Positions 1-12,519 are shown, numbered from the stretch's first letter. The stretch: DNA of 64,000 bases from Carcharhinus amblyrhynchos (GCA_965287045.1 OZ336881.1:52080001-52144000), one strand, 5' to 3'. Notes: generated from the sequence alone by a model not told the origin. Program-made: numbers and translations.

Positions 1-469
1 TATCAATTATCTGAAGCACCAAGTTACCAAGATCCAGCACTACTGCACCTCAACCTACCTACTTATAGTTTTCAACCTCTAATAAATAATAACATGCACA
101 GTTTAAATCTAAGTTTTCTTGTGGTGGTAATATTAACAATTTCACTGTATAAAGTGATCTCACTATATTGTTTGTATAAGACATTCTTGGGTCTATGTTA
201 TTGGCAAGGTCTGAAATTCTGGGTGATTATTAAAGTCACAGATGCACTGCCTGAAATTTTCTTAAAGGTCAACCACTGGAGAATTTCAATCAAAGCAGCT
301 ATGATTTACCAGGAAACTCGTATGTGAGGGTCGGAAAATCCGGCCTGGTGTAGTGAAGCCATTTGTACCATATCAGAATCATACCATAAGGAAGGACATC
401 TTTTTGTATATCTTTTTTGACATTTTTGGTATAGTTATCCTATGATTCCCACTCCTCTGCTCTTTTCCC

Positions 470-700
470 ATAACCCTGAATTTTCATTAAGGAATTTGAC
501 CAAGTTAGTCAAACATGACCTGGCTCATACCTTCTCAAATGCCAGTTAATTTTGTCCAAGGTTACTGTGTCTGAATGTTTTCCCACCAACAATGTTAGGC
601 TGACTGGCTTGTAGCTGCGGATTTTACTTCCCCCCCCCTTTTTCTAAACAGGTAAATAATATTCGTAATCTATTGGTCCTCTGGCACCATATCCAAGAAT
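470..700 (-). mobile_element. Degenerate CR1 LINE RT fragment
   Basis: Reverse complement reads like YKPVSLTLLVGK (CR1 RT N-terminal motif); heavily decayed. Confidence 0.55.
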
Positions 701-777
701 GTAACTGAGCTAGTTTGTACAATGATGAATTTACTCATAGATTAAAGTTTGAATTTTGGGAATGTATGAACTTTAAG

Positions 778-1115
778 TCCATAAAATAATGAGGGCATAG
801 ATCAGCTAGATAGTTAACATCTTTTCCCAAAGGTAGGGGAGTCTAAAACTAGAGGGACTAGGTTTAAGGTGAGAGGGGAGAGATACAAAAAATCCAGAGG
901 GACTATTTTTCTCACAGAGGGTAGTGAGTGTCTGAAACAAGCTGCCAGAGATAGTAGTAGTAGTAGAAGCATTTAGAGTTACGTGGGTAAAATGGGTATA
1001 GAGAGATATGGGTCAAACGCGAGCAATTGGAACGAGCTTCGTGATTAAAAGAAAAGGGCGGTATGGGCAAGTTGGGCCGAAGGGCCTGTTTCCATGCTGT
1101 AAACTTCTATGACTT
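778..1115 (+). mobile_element. CR1/HER1-type LINE 3' end
   Basis: YKIMRG-like ORF2 C-terminus and tail gggccgaagggcctgtttccatgctgtaaacttctatgact; closely similar to 12790-13165. Confidence 0.85.
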
Positions 1116-1867
1116 AAGTACTTACAATGTTCTCAAAGCAAGGTTGAGTAATACATTCAGTGCCAACTGCTACTAACATGAGAGCCCTCTGCTGGACAAC
1201 ACTATTATGGACTATGTCTGAGGCTTATCAAAATGTTTCTCAGAATGAAAATCAAGTGGAAGCGACTCAAAAGCAAATGCACTGGATACTGACAATTTGT
1301 AACCATAAATTGATTCTCTTTGAGTTTCTACACATATATAAATTATTCATTTAATTTTCAACACAAAGTATAGCCTAAAAACAAATATACATTAAACAAC
1401 ACTTTAAAGCATTTGAAGCTCCAGCATCATTTGTGATTATTCTTCTTACAGCTGAGTGTCTGTGAATATTGTGTGCTCTTTTGTAACTGAACTAAAGCCT
1501 TTAATTGACTCGAATAGTTCTTCATCATCTGGGTACTGGAGGAGAAATAAAAATCGCATTAGATAAGCATCATCCATTTACAACAACCACAAATGCTTGT
1601 ACAGAATTAGACTTTCACTTAGGAAAATTGTATGGTTTGATGCACATTGAATTCAATCGTTTAATAAAACAATTTTTTTCTATATTCAGACATTGATGGA
1701 TCATTGTGTACCATGTGTTGGATTACATAGTATAGACAGTGCAGAAACACAGCATGCAACCCAACCAGTCCATACTGCCATTTATACTCCTTTCAAGCCC
1801 CCCTTCCATCTTTCTTAAACTAAATCTATCATCACACTGGAATACTGTGGTGAGTAACTCATCTTTT

Positions 1868-2420
1868 GATTCCCCAAAGCCTATCTACCATATACAAGGC
1901 ACAAGTCAGGTGTATAATGGAATACTCCCCACTTGCTTGAATGGTACAGCTCCAACAACACTCAAGAAGCTTGGTACCATCTAGGACAAAGCAGCCTACT
2001 TGATTGGCACCACATCTACAAACATCCACTCCCTCCACCACCTACACTCTGTAGTAGCAGTGTGTACTATCTACAAGATGCATTGCAGTAATTCACCAAT
2101 GATCTTTATTCAGCACCTTCCAAACCCACTTCCACTTCCATCTAGAAGTATAAGGGCAGCAGTTACTTGGCAATACCACCTGCAAATTCCACTCCAAACC
2201 ACTCACCATCCTGACTTGGAAATGTATCACCATTCCTTCGCAGTTGCTGGGTCAAAATCCTGCAATTCCCTCCCTAACAACATTGTGGGTCAACCCACAG
2301 CACATGGACTGAAGTGATTCAAATAGACAGCTTACCACCACCTTCTCAAGGGCAGCTAGGGATGGGCAATAAATGCTGGCCAACCAGCGACCTCCATGTC
2401 CCACAAATGAGTAAAAAAAG
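1868..2420 (+). mobile_element. Non-LTR retrotransposon 3' fragment (RTEX-like; clade uncertain)
   Basis: YKAQVR..APTTLKKLGTI*DKAA motif and 3' tail ctcaagggcagctagggatgggcaataaatgctggcc; appears nested in an older minus-strand CR1 tail (about 1720-1840 and 2490-2580). Confidence 0.8.
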
Positions 2421-2956
2421 ACCTTCATCTGCTTATCTAGGTTCCCCTCCACCACCTACCACCGCCCCCCCCCCCCGCCCCCTAGATTTATCTACTAAAC
2501 TCTTCAGCCAGTCCCTATAGTAGCAAATTCCAAATCTTCACCACTCTTGAAACCAAGATGTTTCTTCTGAATTCCTTTTTGGATTTATGGAAGATTTTGG
2601 CCTGAAATCTCCAACCAGAGTAGGAACCTTTGTGTCCTGCTTTGATCAGACTGTAAATTACCCATTTACCTGTATTGGTTAAAGAGATCTCCAATGGAGA
2701 ATCAGATACTGCAGTACAGTTGGATGGTAGGTCGAGTCCGAGGCTTGGGCAGAGGATTTAGGGGCTGGGGGGTTTGGGGAGTGGGTAGTTAGACTAGGAT
2801 TACTCTGTCTCACATTTCCTGCGTAACCGTTCATGTAAACAAGTCAGAATAGACTGAAGTCTTCATCATCAAATCCAAATCAAATTATTTTGCAGGGTCC
2901 TGGGGAGCAGGGAAATTGCTCATTTGAAGGTCACACTTCCTAAGACAATTTCAAGG

Positions 2957-3081
2957 CTAGAATTTTACCGGCATACCCACCCCGATTCCAGGGCGGGCCT
3001 GGCTTGCAGAATGGAATTCTCCATTGGCTTTGGGTAGGATTTTATGAGCCTCGCCCCAGCGAAGTCGTAAAATGCTGGCCA
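2957..3081. mobile_element. Short MITE (Harbinger-type family)
   Basis: GGCTAGAATTTTAC...GTAAAATGCTGGCC inverted termini; related copy at about 3222-3333. Confidence 0.6.
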
Positions 3082-3779
3082 TTGTGTTGAGATTTTCACA
3101 GGATCACAATGCATGTTTTATGGGGCATGTCCAGTCTCTGATGATTTGGAAAGTGGACAATCTGGGCCCACAGACTGATGATTTCTAGTTATGTTCTTCC
3201 CCACAAGAGAAAACAATGGATGGGATTCTACGACCTTGCTCGGGCAAGACCAGAAATCCCCGCCTGAGGTCAACGGTGATTCTGACCTTTGCCCATGCTG
3301 ATTCCGTGGCAGGTGAGGTGGTAGAGTTCCAGCCACTCTCCATTTCTAATATTCTCAATTTTCATTGTGATTTTCTAGAATTTTTTTTATATCTAACAAA
3401 TCACTTAATGAATAATTATGGTTTATGTTTAATTCCAGATTGATGAAACTCTACTTGGAAATGGAATTGAGCCAATGATTTCAAAATAATTCATCATATT
3501 AATGTAAGCAAATAAAGGCATGAAACTGGGCAATAACTAATACAAAACAGGCCAACACCAAATCACCACCCCTTTTACACTATGTCAGTTTTCTTTTTGA
3601 GTGGTGGAAAAGAGGATTTGACTCATTATAAAATAGGGGATGAAATTGGTCAGTATTGTAATATAGAATAACAGTGAATCACCAGCCTAAGCGCTTTGTA
3701 AAATTTAATCCAAACATACAAAATAGGAGCAGACAATAGGCCATTTGACACGAGCTGTACATGGTTATGGTTTAATTAC

Positions 3780-3995
3780 CATTCCACTGTCACGACCCTG
3801 TCCAAGGGAGTCCCAAACTGAGTCTTCCATTAGGGATTTTCTGTCGTGGGTATCAATCAGCTGACTAATGCTGCGATGCAGGGAAGTCTGGGAACAGGCG
3901 TGAGTCAGCTGACTCTGGCTTGACACACACAGCACTGAGATGTTGGAATTACTGACTTGAGACCCATGTCCTGTGATTTTTGTGTCTGTTAGTCC
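3780..3995 (-). CDS. USH2A: Usherin cytoplasmic-tail exon, orthologue of human exon 71 (penultimate)
   Basis: 216 nt, gattcctaag|GGACTAACA...GGAATG|gtaatt. Translates GLTDTKITGHGSQVSNSNISVLCVSSQSQLTHACSQTSLHRSISQLIDTHDRKSLMEDSVWDSLGQGRDSGM. Confidence 0.95.
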
Positions 3996-4729
3996 CTTAG
4001 GAATCAAGACAATTATTAATAATTACTATTAGTAATTGGCATTAGGTACTAGTAATACGATGCCATCATTTGAGGAACTGCATGCATCAGTTTTGAACAT
4101 GGCTTCATTTCCACTGCAACCAAAATTACCAAATTTATAGCACAACATTACTATTATGTAATGGAGAGCACACCAGATCACTGCATTCACACACATCATT
4201 ATTGTCTACTGATTACTGATTACAACTATTGGAAACCAGATCATCAGTTAGATCTATGTAAAGTACTATTTCAATGGGATGTAAATCAGGTGGGTTCTAC
4301 ACAAGGGGGAACATTCTGCTTCATCAGATTGTAACCCAGGTATAGGAATTAACAATTACTCTTGTCTGCTATCAGCGTCAAACAATTCGATCAGGTTGCG
4401 AGGATCGGATTAGAGTTTCTCAGAACCAGTTTTTTTTTTAAAACGGTCCAACAGTTATTATTTTAAACCAAATTATTGGATTAATCAATGTTTGTGTAGG
4501 CTTCTCAGCAGGTCCACGTGGGATGTTAGCATCTGTCCTGAAATATGGACAGTGGAACTTGGCTATCGGTTTCTGCTCAGCGACTGCACTGTCGTATCGT
4601 GAAAGCCGCCTTGGAGAACATTTACCCAAAGATCAGAGGCCGAATGTCAGAGAGCAGATGGCCTTGTTAGCCAGCTCAGAGTGCTCTAACCACAGAACAG
4701 CAATGTAGTATATCTGAAAGAGGTAGAGA

Positions 4730-4950
4730 TGATGTAGAGATGCCAGCGTTGGACTGGGGTAGGCACAGTAAGAAGTCTTACAACACCAGGTTAAAGTCCA
4801 ACAGGTTTATTTGGAATCATGAGCTTTCAGAACGCTGCTTCTTCATCACCAGGTGAATGGCACTCACCTGATAAAGGAGCAGCATTCCAAAAGTTTGTGA
4901 TTCCAAATAACCCTGTTGGACTTTAATCTGGTGTTGTGAGACTTCTTACA
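4730..4950. mobile_element. Penelope-like element terminus, fold-back (family A)
   Basis: Arms at about 4768-4858 and 4862-4949 are reverse complements (gtaagaagtcttacaacaccaggttaaagtccaacagg / cctgttggactttaatctggtgttgtgagacttcttac). Confidence 0.75.
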
Positions 4951-6014
4951 AAGAACAAAGAACAAAAACAGCCCGGGAAACAGGCCCTTCGGCCCAACGA
5001 GCCCACGCCGCCATCTCAACACCACCAGTCCCCCTCTTACTGAAACAGGTGGAGGCAGAGAACTAGAGAGCACAGTTGGCTGTTACTACCATTGGTAGTA
5101 CCACAAGTGTGCCACATAGTAGCTGTAGGTATCCTTGCAGCAGGCGATACAACTCTGTTACTGCCTTCCTGATGCTTTTTGCTTACAGTTCCAGCTATAA
5201 ATATAACTGAGTGGATGCAATCTGGCTGTTTTACAGCCTAACCAGCCTGGAATCCCTCTGTTGCGCCTCTATACAACATAATTAAAGAACAATTCCACTT
5301 CGTTAACCTCTTGTCTCAATATAATAGACAGTTTCAAAATACCAGAGTGCCAGTTGGCACAATGCTTTCTGAACAATTAGCGCTGATCTGGTTAAAGGAA
5401 TTGAAAGTCAACAGAAGTGCCAAACCTGTCTTGAAGTGCTGCAACAAATCTTTATATCTGAGTTCCTTCATTTCACTTCATAATGCAATACAGAGATCAC
5501 GAGTATCCCATTTTATGGCTCATATTATTGCAGTGAAAATGTTCAGAAATTGGACATATAATTACATACTAGGGACCTCATTTAAGTATTGGAATTTAAA
5601 AATTGGTGGGCCCTCCTGATGCCACAAGAAGAAACAGGGAAATGAAATGGGGCATTAAGATAACCAAGGTCTGGTGTAACCGATTGCTGTACATGCTTGT
5701 AACCAGTTCACACTAATTACACCCATGTGTAACCGATCAGAAAATGTATTTAATGTTTATTCGGTTACGAGGAATCGCTTTACCTGTGACAGAACCTGAG
5801 AAATGTGCAGAAGTATACATGTCAAACTAAATGTCTCTAACTCAGATTTGAAAAGAATAATGAAAGTATTCTCAGGTTGTTGGACAGATCTTAGAAGCGA
5901 TGGAAAGAAACCAAGGCTTCTACCCCTCTTGTTTTCCAGTTGGGACACTGTGATAATATTTTGTGTATTTTTGTTTACTACTAATCATCATAATCTGTTG
6001 ATTGTTCATAGAAC

Positions 6015-6755
6015 ACAAATGCCAGGCAATGACCATTAGCAATAAGAGACACCAGCTTTTCACATTCAAAGTTGTAACGGTCACTGAATCACCTACTGCT
6101 AACATCCTTGGGTTTATCATTGACCAGCAGCTCAACTGGACTCACCACATAAGCACAATGGCTACAGGAGCAGGTCAGAGGCAAGGAATACTGTGGCGAG
6201 TAACTCACCTTCTTACTCCCCAAAGCCTATCCTTCTACAAGGCACAAGTCAGGAGTGTGATGGAATACTTCCCACTAACCTGGATGGATGCAGCTCCAAC
6301 AACACTCAAGAAGCTAGATATCATCCAGGACAAAGCAGCCCGCTTGACTGGCATCACATCTACAAACATTCAATCTGTCCACCACTGACATTCAGTAGCA
6401 GTAGTGTCTACTCTCTATAAGATGACTGCAGCAATTCACCAAAGATCCTAGACAGCACCTTCCAAACACATGAGCACTTCCATCTAGAACGACAAGGGTA
6501 GCAGATAAATGGGAGCAACACCACCTGCAAGCCGCTCACCATCCTGACTTAGAAATATATTGCCGTTCCTTCACAGTCGCTGGGTCAAAATCCTGGAATT
6601 TGTTCCCCAATAGCATTGTGGGTCAACCCAAGAACATGGACTGCAGCGCTTCAAGAAGGCAGCTCATCAGCACCTTCTCAAGGGCAACTAGAGATAAGCA
6701 ATAAATGCTGGCCAGCCAGCGACACCCATATCCCACAAATGAATAATATAAAGAA
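6015..6755 (+). mobile_element. Non-LTR retrotransposon 3' fragment (same RTEX-like family)
   Basis: ORF 6002-6388 ILGFIIDQQLNWTHHI...YKAQVRSVMEYFPLTWMDAAPTTLKKLDIIQDKAARL, with the same 3' tail as 1868-2420. Confidence 0.85.
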
Positions 6756-6760
6756 CAAAA

Positions 6761-6987
6761 TCATAGAATTCCTACAGTGTAGAAAGAGGCCATTTGGCCC
6801 ATAAAGCCTGCACTGACAACAATCCCATCCAGCCCCTGTAACCCCACGTATTTCCCTGCTAGTGTCCCTGACATTAAGGGGCAATTTAACATGGCCAATC
6901 CACCTAATCCACATAAATTTGGACTGTGGGAGGAAACTGGAGCACCCGGAGGAAACCCACTCAGACTTGGGAGAATGTGCAAACTCA
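6761..6987 (-). mobile_element. V-SINE/HE1-type SINE with CR1 tail, partial
   Basis: V-domain core (gggtttcctccgggtgctccagtttcctcccacagtcc) plus a ctgtaggaattctatga tail. Confidence 0.85.
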
Positions 6988-7169
6988 ACAGTGGAGTATT
7001 TGCTCTTTTGTTCACTTGCTACTCATTGCAACTGCTCTCAGGTTGTGAATACTTTGACTATTTCAAAAAAAATCATATGCTTTTTGGGTGACATTTCCTC
7101 AATCAATGTCCCCACTAATCTCCAGATATCACCCACCTGCAGCTGTGTGCGGTTGTTTCAGTCTAAAGT

Positions 7170-7560
7170 TTATACACTGGAGTTGGCTGTGTTGGCAATA
7201 AGGACTCTCATAACACCAGGTTAAAGTCCAACAGGTTTATTTAGTAGTAAACACCACTAGCTTTCGGAATGCTGTTCCTTTGTCAAGTGAGTGGAGAGTT
7301 CTGATCACAAATAGGGCATATAAAGGCACACGTAGTTTACAGAATACTGATTAGAATGCAAGTCTTTACAGCTGATCTGCTATTCAAGTCTTAAAGGTGC
7401 AGACAATGTGAGTGGAGAATGGAGATGCACCTTTAAGACTTGAATAGCAGGTTTGCTAGAATCTGAAATCAAAAGAGAAAATGTTGGAAAGTCTCAGCAG
7501 GTCTGGTAGCATCTGTAAGAAAAGAGATAACATTTCGAGTCCAGTTGCCCCTTTGTCAAC
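7170..7560. mobile_element. Penelope-like termini: family A (7170-7450) abutting family B (7458-7560)
   Basis: Shares aacaccaggttaaagtccaacaggtttattt with 4730-4950 and ggaaagtctcagcaggtctggtagcatctgt with 29232-29364 and 30331-30552. Confidence 0.7.
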
Positions 7561-7644
7561 AGTGAATGGAGATTTGGCTGGGCGCCAAATTCTCAAACCT
7601 TGCTGCAGTGGGAGTGTGGCGCAAATGGCCGACAAGATCACACC

Positions 7645-8580
7645 CTTAGTGGATGAACAAAACTATGGTGCAGATACAGTTCAACGTGGACAAGTGTGAG
7701 GTTACCCACTTTAGTTCCAAGAAAGACAACATAGCAATATAGGAATTAGGAGCCAAAGTAAACAAATTCAGCTCTTTGACCCTAATCTGCCATTCAATCA
7801 GGTCATGGCTGCTCTCTCCCTGGTCTCAAATCCACCTCCCCACCTATACCCCACATCCCTCTTTCCTTTTGTTTATTAGAAATATGTTTATCTCCCTCTT
7901 GAAATTATTCAATGAATGCAATACAAATCAATGCATTTTCTGAATGATGTGGAACTAAGGACAGTAAATGAACAAAGAGATTGGGAGTCCAAGTACACAA
8001 ATCCTTAAAAAATAAAGCAGTGAATAGGTACAAAAACAATCAGAAGGTCTAATGGAATGTTGACCATTATCCAAGGGGATTGGAGTACAAAGGAAATGAA
8101 GTTATGCTTTGGTTGCTTAAAGCATTGTTAAAATCCCATCTGAAGCAATGTGTTCCATTCTCAGCAGGCATCACACCCTGGGAAGGATATACTGGCTCCA
8201 GAGTGGGTGCAGCATGAATTCACCCGAATAATACCAGAGCATAGGTTGTTCAGCTATGAGGATAGGCTGCATAAGATTGACTAATATTCTTTTTAAGAAT
8301 AGGTGATTGAGGGGGTGATATGATTGTGGTGTTAAAAACGTTAAGAGTTATGTAGGTAGGTATGGAAAATTTATTAAAATTATAGCCAGTCCATTCAGGT
8401 GCAAAACCAGAAAGCAATTTTTTTTGGAACTCTCTCCCCAACAGAGGATGTTGAGCATGTTGGGGTAATTGGAACATTCAATACTGGGATAGTTATATTG
8501 TTGTTAGGCATTGATCTACATGAATGGTGGGGACTCAAGGGTTAAATAGCCTAATCCTGATCCCATTGTACCTATGTTCT
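7645..8580 (+). mobile_element. Old degenerate CR1 3' fragment with a nested minus-strand CR1 tail
   Basis: FNVDKCEV, LGVQVH and PHLKQCVPF-like remnants; tail ends cctatgttctt. Confidence 0.7.
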
Positions 8581-8589
8581 TAATGCTAA

Positions 8590-8871
8590 TAAAGTTTAAA
8601 GTTTATTTATTATTGTAGCCTTACATTAACACTGCGATGAAGTTAGTGTAAAAATTCTCTAGTTGCCACACTCCGGTGCCTGTTCAGGTACACTGAAGGA
8701 GACTTTCACATGGCCAATGCACATAACCAGTACATGTTTTGGACTGCGGGAAGAAACCAGAGCACTTGGAGGAAACCCACACAGGCACAGGGAGAACGTG
8801 CCGGCTCCGCACAGACAGTGACCCAAGCCGGAAATTGAACCCAGGTCCCTGGCACTGTGGGGCAGCAGTGC
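8590..8871 (-). mobile_element. V-SINE, second tail type
   Basis: tRNA-like head and V core, followed by the tail gtgtacctgaacaggcaccggagtgtggcaact...aataaataaacttt; a tail-only copy lies at about 9535-9685. Confidence 0.85.
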
Positions 8872-10659
8872 AAAAGGAACTTGTATGTGTATAGCATTTC
8901 TCACATTTTTAGGATATGCACTTCTTTAAATAGTAGTACTGGAATTTTATTTGAGAGGGCTGACTAGGTCTTGGTTCCTTTAACAGTATCGCACTCCCTT
9001 GCTGCGACTTTGCCCAGATTATTTGCTGATTTTTCACAGAGTTGGGAACGCTTTGCAGACTTTTAAAGATGGTTGGTAAGACCAGATGTGGAAGTCCCAT
9101 TCTCATTTCTGACAGATCCCATTATGTTGTAAAGGGGACAGGGACAGGATGCATTCACATATGTGGGAAACCCCAACTCAGCTGGGCCACTTAAACCCAG
9201 TGTTGAATTTAAATAGCCATCACTTTTGCTGCAGCAAAGGTTTTAATCACATAGTGCATGAGTCAGGAATTTATGGAGGTGATATAAATACTCGTGAAGG
9301 GAGTAAGTTCTGTGGAGGTGTCATGTTCTGAAATTATTTAAATTCAAAGTTCTTTAAAACAAAATAAAGTGGAACGAGAGTTGAAAATATTTGCTCTGTT
9401 TCAATAGCTGTTTGCTGTTGAGACTTTCATTATTAATATTTGACTGCTTTCCACAAATTACAATTATTTGAGCATAAGGTTGTGAGTTCACAGCTTGATT
9501 GACAATTCAAACAGTTTATTAAAAGATTAACTAAAAGTAAAGTTTATTTATTAGTTACAAGCAGGCCTACATTCACACTGCACTGTGAAAATTCCATAGT
9601 TGCCACATTCTGGCATCTGTTCAGGTATACTGAGGGAGAATTTAGCATGGCTAATGTACCTAACCACCACATCTTTGATGTGGGATTGTGAATAAAAATA
9701 TGGTTGTTTTTGTAAGGAATTAAGTACTTGAGAATTTTTAAAGATTTTGAAGGAGCTTCCATGAATGGGAGGTTTTTTTACTGTGGTAAGGCTGTAACAG
9801 ATTTTTTACTTAATTTCATCTCAATATGGCTCTTGAGCTTTACCCGTAGTGGATACTGAGTGATGCAAGGGCACATGTTGGTACTTGAAGTAATGAGCTG
9901 ACATTAAGTTGTCATGCGAGATAAGGGGTAGTGGGGGGCATGGGTTAGGATGGATGGATGGAGCATGGGGGGGGGGGGGTGATGGGGGGGGTGATGTGAG
10001 GTCATAATATATCACAAAACAACAATGACAAAGTCCTAGGGAACTGAGGCAAGCCTTTTAAATACCCCACCATTGCACTCAGTAGCCCTGACGGTCATCA
10101 TGATCGACATCTGCGAGCAATGCATCCACCCACCTTTTGGAATGAAAATCGTGTCAGATGTGGCACATTTTCCCAACTTGCAATATCTATGTCAGGATTG
10201 AAAATCCTGTTCTGTATTTAAGTGTTAAGGGATTTAACCCCACAATGTTTGATTCAGCTATAAAAGAACATAAGGAATTGGAACAGGAGTAGACTATACC
10301 AAACCTGTTCTTCCATTCAATACAACTAGTCAACCAATGCAGCATCTTACATACTAATGTAGGGCCAAATAATATGCAGGCATTTGGCTCGGAGCAAGAG
10401 CAGGCCACCCAGTCTCTCATTGCAATTACTGCACTGAGCTATCCAATTATTAAATCAGGGTGATTTACATGTGCTCTTCTTTAGTAACTATTTATCAAAC
10501 CTAGTTTCACTTATAGAGGAGAACTGGATGGATGATCTATCCATTTAGAGCTGGAAATATATTCTGATGAAATTTAGATTATATTTATAAACAGCTAAAA
10601 AAAAAATGGCAAATACTTTTCTACAATGACAATGCCTGTCGCTGAGGCTCTAAACTCCG

Positions 10660-10689
10660 CATGCACTGCATTCAAGACAAAGTCATGCA
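10660..10689 (-). promoter_or_regulatory. Two UGCAUG (RBFOX-type) intronic splicing elements
   Basis: Plus-strand catgca at 10660-10665 and 10684-10689 reads TGCATG in the USH2A sense, 79 and 55 nt downstream of the cassette-exon donor. Confidence 0.6.
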
Positions 10690-10743
10690 GTCATCAGGCT
10701 CCATTGAGCTGTCACACTGCAGGCCACAAACTCTTAGGCATAC

Positions 10744-10815
10744 CTCAAAACACATTGTATAACTTTTAAGTGTGACAGAACTTGAAGCATCAGAGGGTGC
10801 CGCAATAGCATCAAA
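10744..10815 (-). CDS. USH2A: Usherin 72-nt alternative cytoplasmic cassette exon (inner-ear-type 24-aa exon)
   Basis: ttcttctcttcccag|TTTGAT...TTTGAG|gtatgc, phase 0-0. Translates FDAIAAPSDASSSVTLKSYTMCFE, close to the mammalian hair-cell exon peptide (about FDSVADISDVSSNVTLKSYTMHFE, from memory), and lies in the expected intron. Confidence 0.9.
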
Positions 10816-10864
10816 CTGGGAAGAGAAGAACAGTTTAACATTACATACATGTAACACATGAGCA

Positions 10865-11200
10865 AAATCATGAGCAATCTGGACAGAGTAGATCAAGAGA
10901 AACTGTTCCCACTGGTGGAAGAAATGAGAACTAGAGGACATCAATTTAGGGCCAAAGTACCAAAGGCGACATGAAGGCAAATATCTTAACAGAGCGAATG
11001 ATTAGGATCTGGAATGTATTGTTGAGGGGTGTGCTGGAGGCTGATCCAATCATGGCTTTCAAAAGTGAATTGAATCATTAGCTGAAGAAAATAATGCAGG
11101 CTACGAGGGAAGGTCAGCGGGGTGGGACCAGCTGAGTTATTCTTACAGGCACAGACATGATGGACTGAAAGTCTTCCTTCTATATTCTAACTATTCTATA
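10865..11200 (+). mobile_element. CR1 3' fragment
   Basis: LDRVDQEKLFPLVEEMRTRGH-like remnant; begins about 50 nt from the cassette-exon acceptor. Confidence 0.7.
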
Positions 11201-11329
11201 AATCTTGATAAGATGGTGCAGTCAGTAAATGTGGAGTGTGCCAATCAAATTATTTACTTCGATATAAAACCTTGAATTCTCGAAGTGCATTCCTACCATG
11301 TAGATAGACAACTTGATTTTTTTGTCACA

Positions 11330-11645
11330 TGATCATAGAATCCCTACATTGCAGGAGGAGGCCATTTAGCCCAATGAGCCTGCACCAACAACAATCGCAC
11401 CCAGACCCTAGCCCCATAATCTCATGTCTTTACCCTACTAAACCCCCTGGCAGGAAGGGACAATTTGGCATGGGCAATCCACCTAACCAGCATATCTTTG
11501 GACTGTGGGAGGGAACCAGAGTGCCCAGAAGAAACCCACACAGAAACAGGGAGAACGTGCAAACTCCAAACACCAAGGCCGGAATTGAACCTGGCTCCCT
11601 GGTGATGTGAGGCAGCAATGCTAACCATTTTGCCACCATGCCAAA
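11330..11645 (-). mobile_element. V-SINE/HE1-type SINE
   Basis: tRNA-like head (A/B boxes), V core and CR1-type tail. Confidence 0.85.
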
Positions 11646-12177
11646 CGATACGATAATAATTCCATGAGAGAGGTAGTTATAGGCATCAAACTAATGTGAC
11701 TCTAAAAATGTTGGCAACCAATTCTGTTAATTTTAGGTAATGTTTAAAATCACTTGATTCCACGGAATAGAAGGGGAGAAAAGTAAGAAATAATTTTCTC
11801 TCTCCCTCGAACCTTGCAAATTGCACATGACACCACAGTAGTGAAAAATCAATATATTGTTAACAAAATTGGAAGTCTTGATAATGCAGCTTTACTTTTC
11901 AAAAGGGCCACACTTAGCCCCGGCACTGCTTTCTCAATAAATAAAGACACTTACCCTCCGTGTGGGCCCTTGTTCCACTTGTGGAATAGATACAAAAGGA
12001 ACATGCAATGTTGTTACATTAGAATGCTGGTCACAGGCATGATCAGCACTAGAGTTTGTCTTGACCAGGAAACATCACAGAATAAATGGAGAAAGAAAGG
12101 AAAGAAAAAATTGCTGAAATTAAAGTGTGAATAGAGTTTAGGTAAGAATTCAGTCTAGGCAGGATATTTGAAAGAAT

Positions 12178-12485
12178 TATAGAATCCCTCCAGTGCAGAA
12201 GGATGCCATTCAGCCCATCAAGTCTGCACTGACCACAATCCCACCCAGGCCCTATTCCCCTAATCCCACATATTTACCCTGCTAACCTTCTGACACTACG
12301 GTCAATTTAGCATGGCCAATCCACCTAACTCACATCTTTGGACAGTGGAGGGAAAACGGAAAACCCATACAGACATGGGGAGAACATGCAAACTCCACAC
12401 AGACAGTGATCCGAGGCCAGAATTGAACCCGGGTCCCTGGTGTTGTGAGGCAGCAGTGCTAACTACTGTGCCACCATGCTGCCCC
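12178..12485 (-). mobile_element. V-SINE/HE1-type SINE, full length
   Basis: gggcagcatggtggcacagtagttagcactgctgcctcac head through the ctggagggattctat tail. Confidence 0.9.
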
Positions 12486-12519
12486 AGGAGCCATAGTTCT
12501 ACCATGCAATAAGGCATTC

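Noticed and set aside
2850-2880. Minus-strand GFDDEDF as the terminal USH2A exon (human YVDEEDL...DTHL)
   Set aside because: Stops after a few codons, with no DTHL-like end or proper acceptor. The last exon is probably beyond position 1.
12400-12485. tRNA-like sequences with A/B boxes (many copies)
   Set aside because: They are SINE heads continuing into the V-domain core, not tRNA genes.
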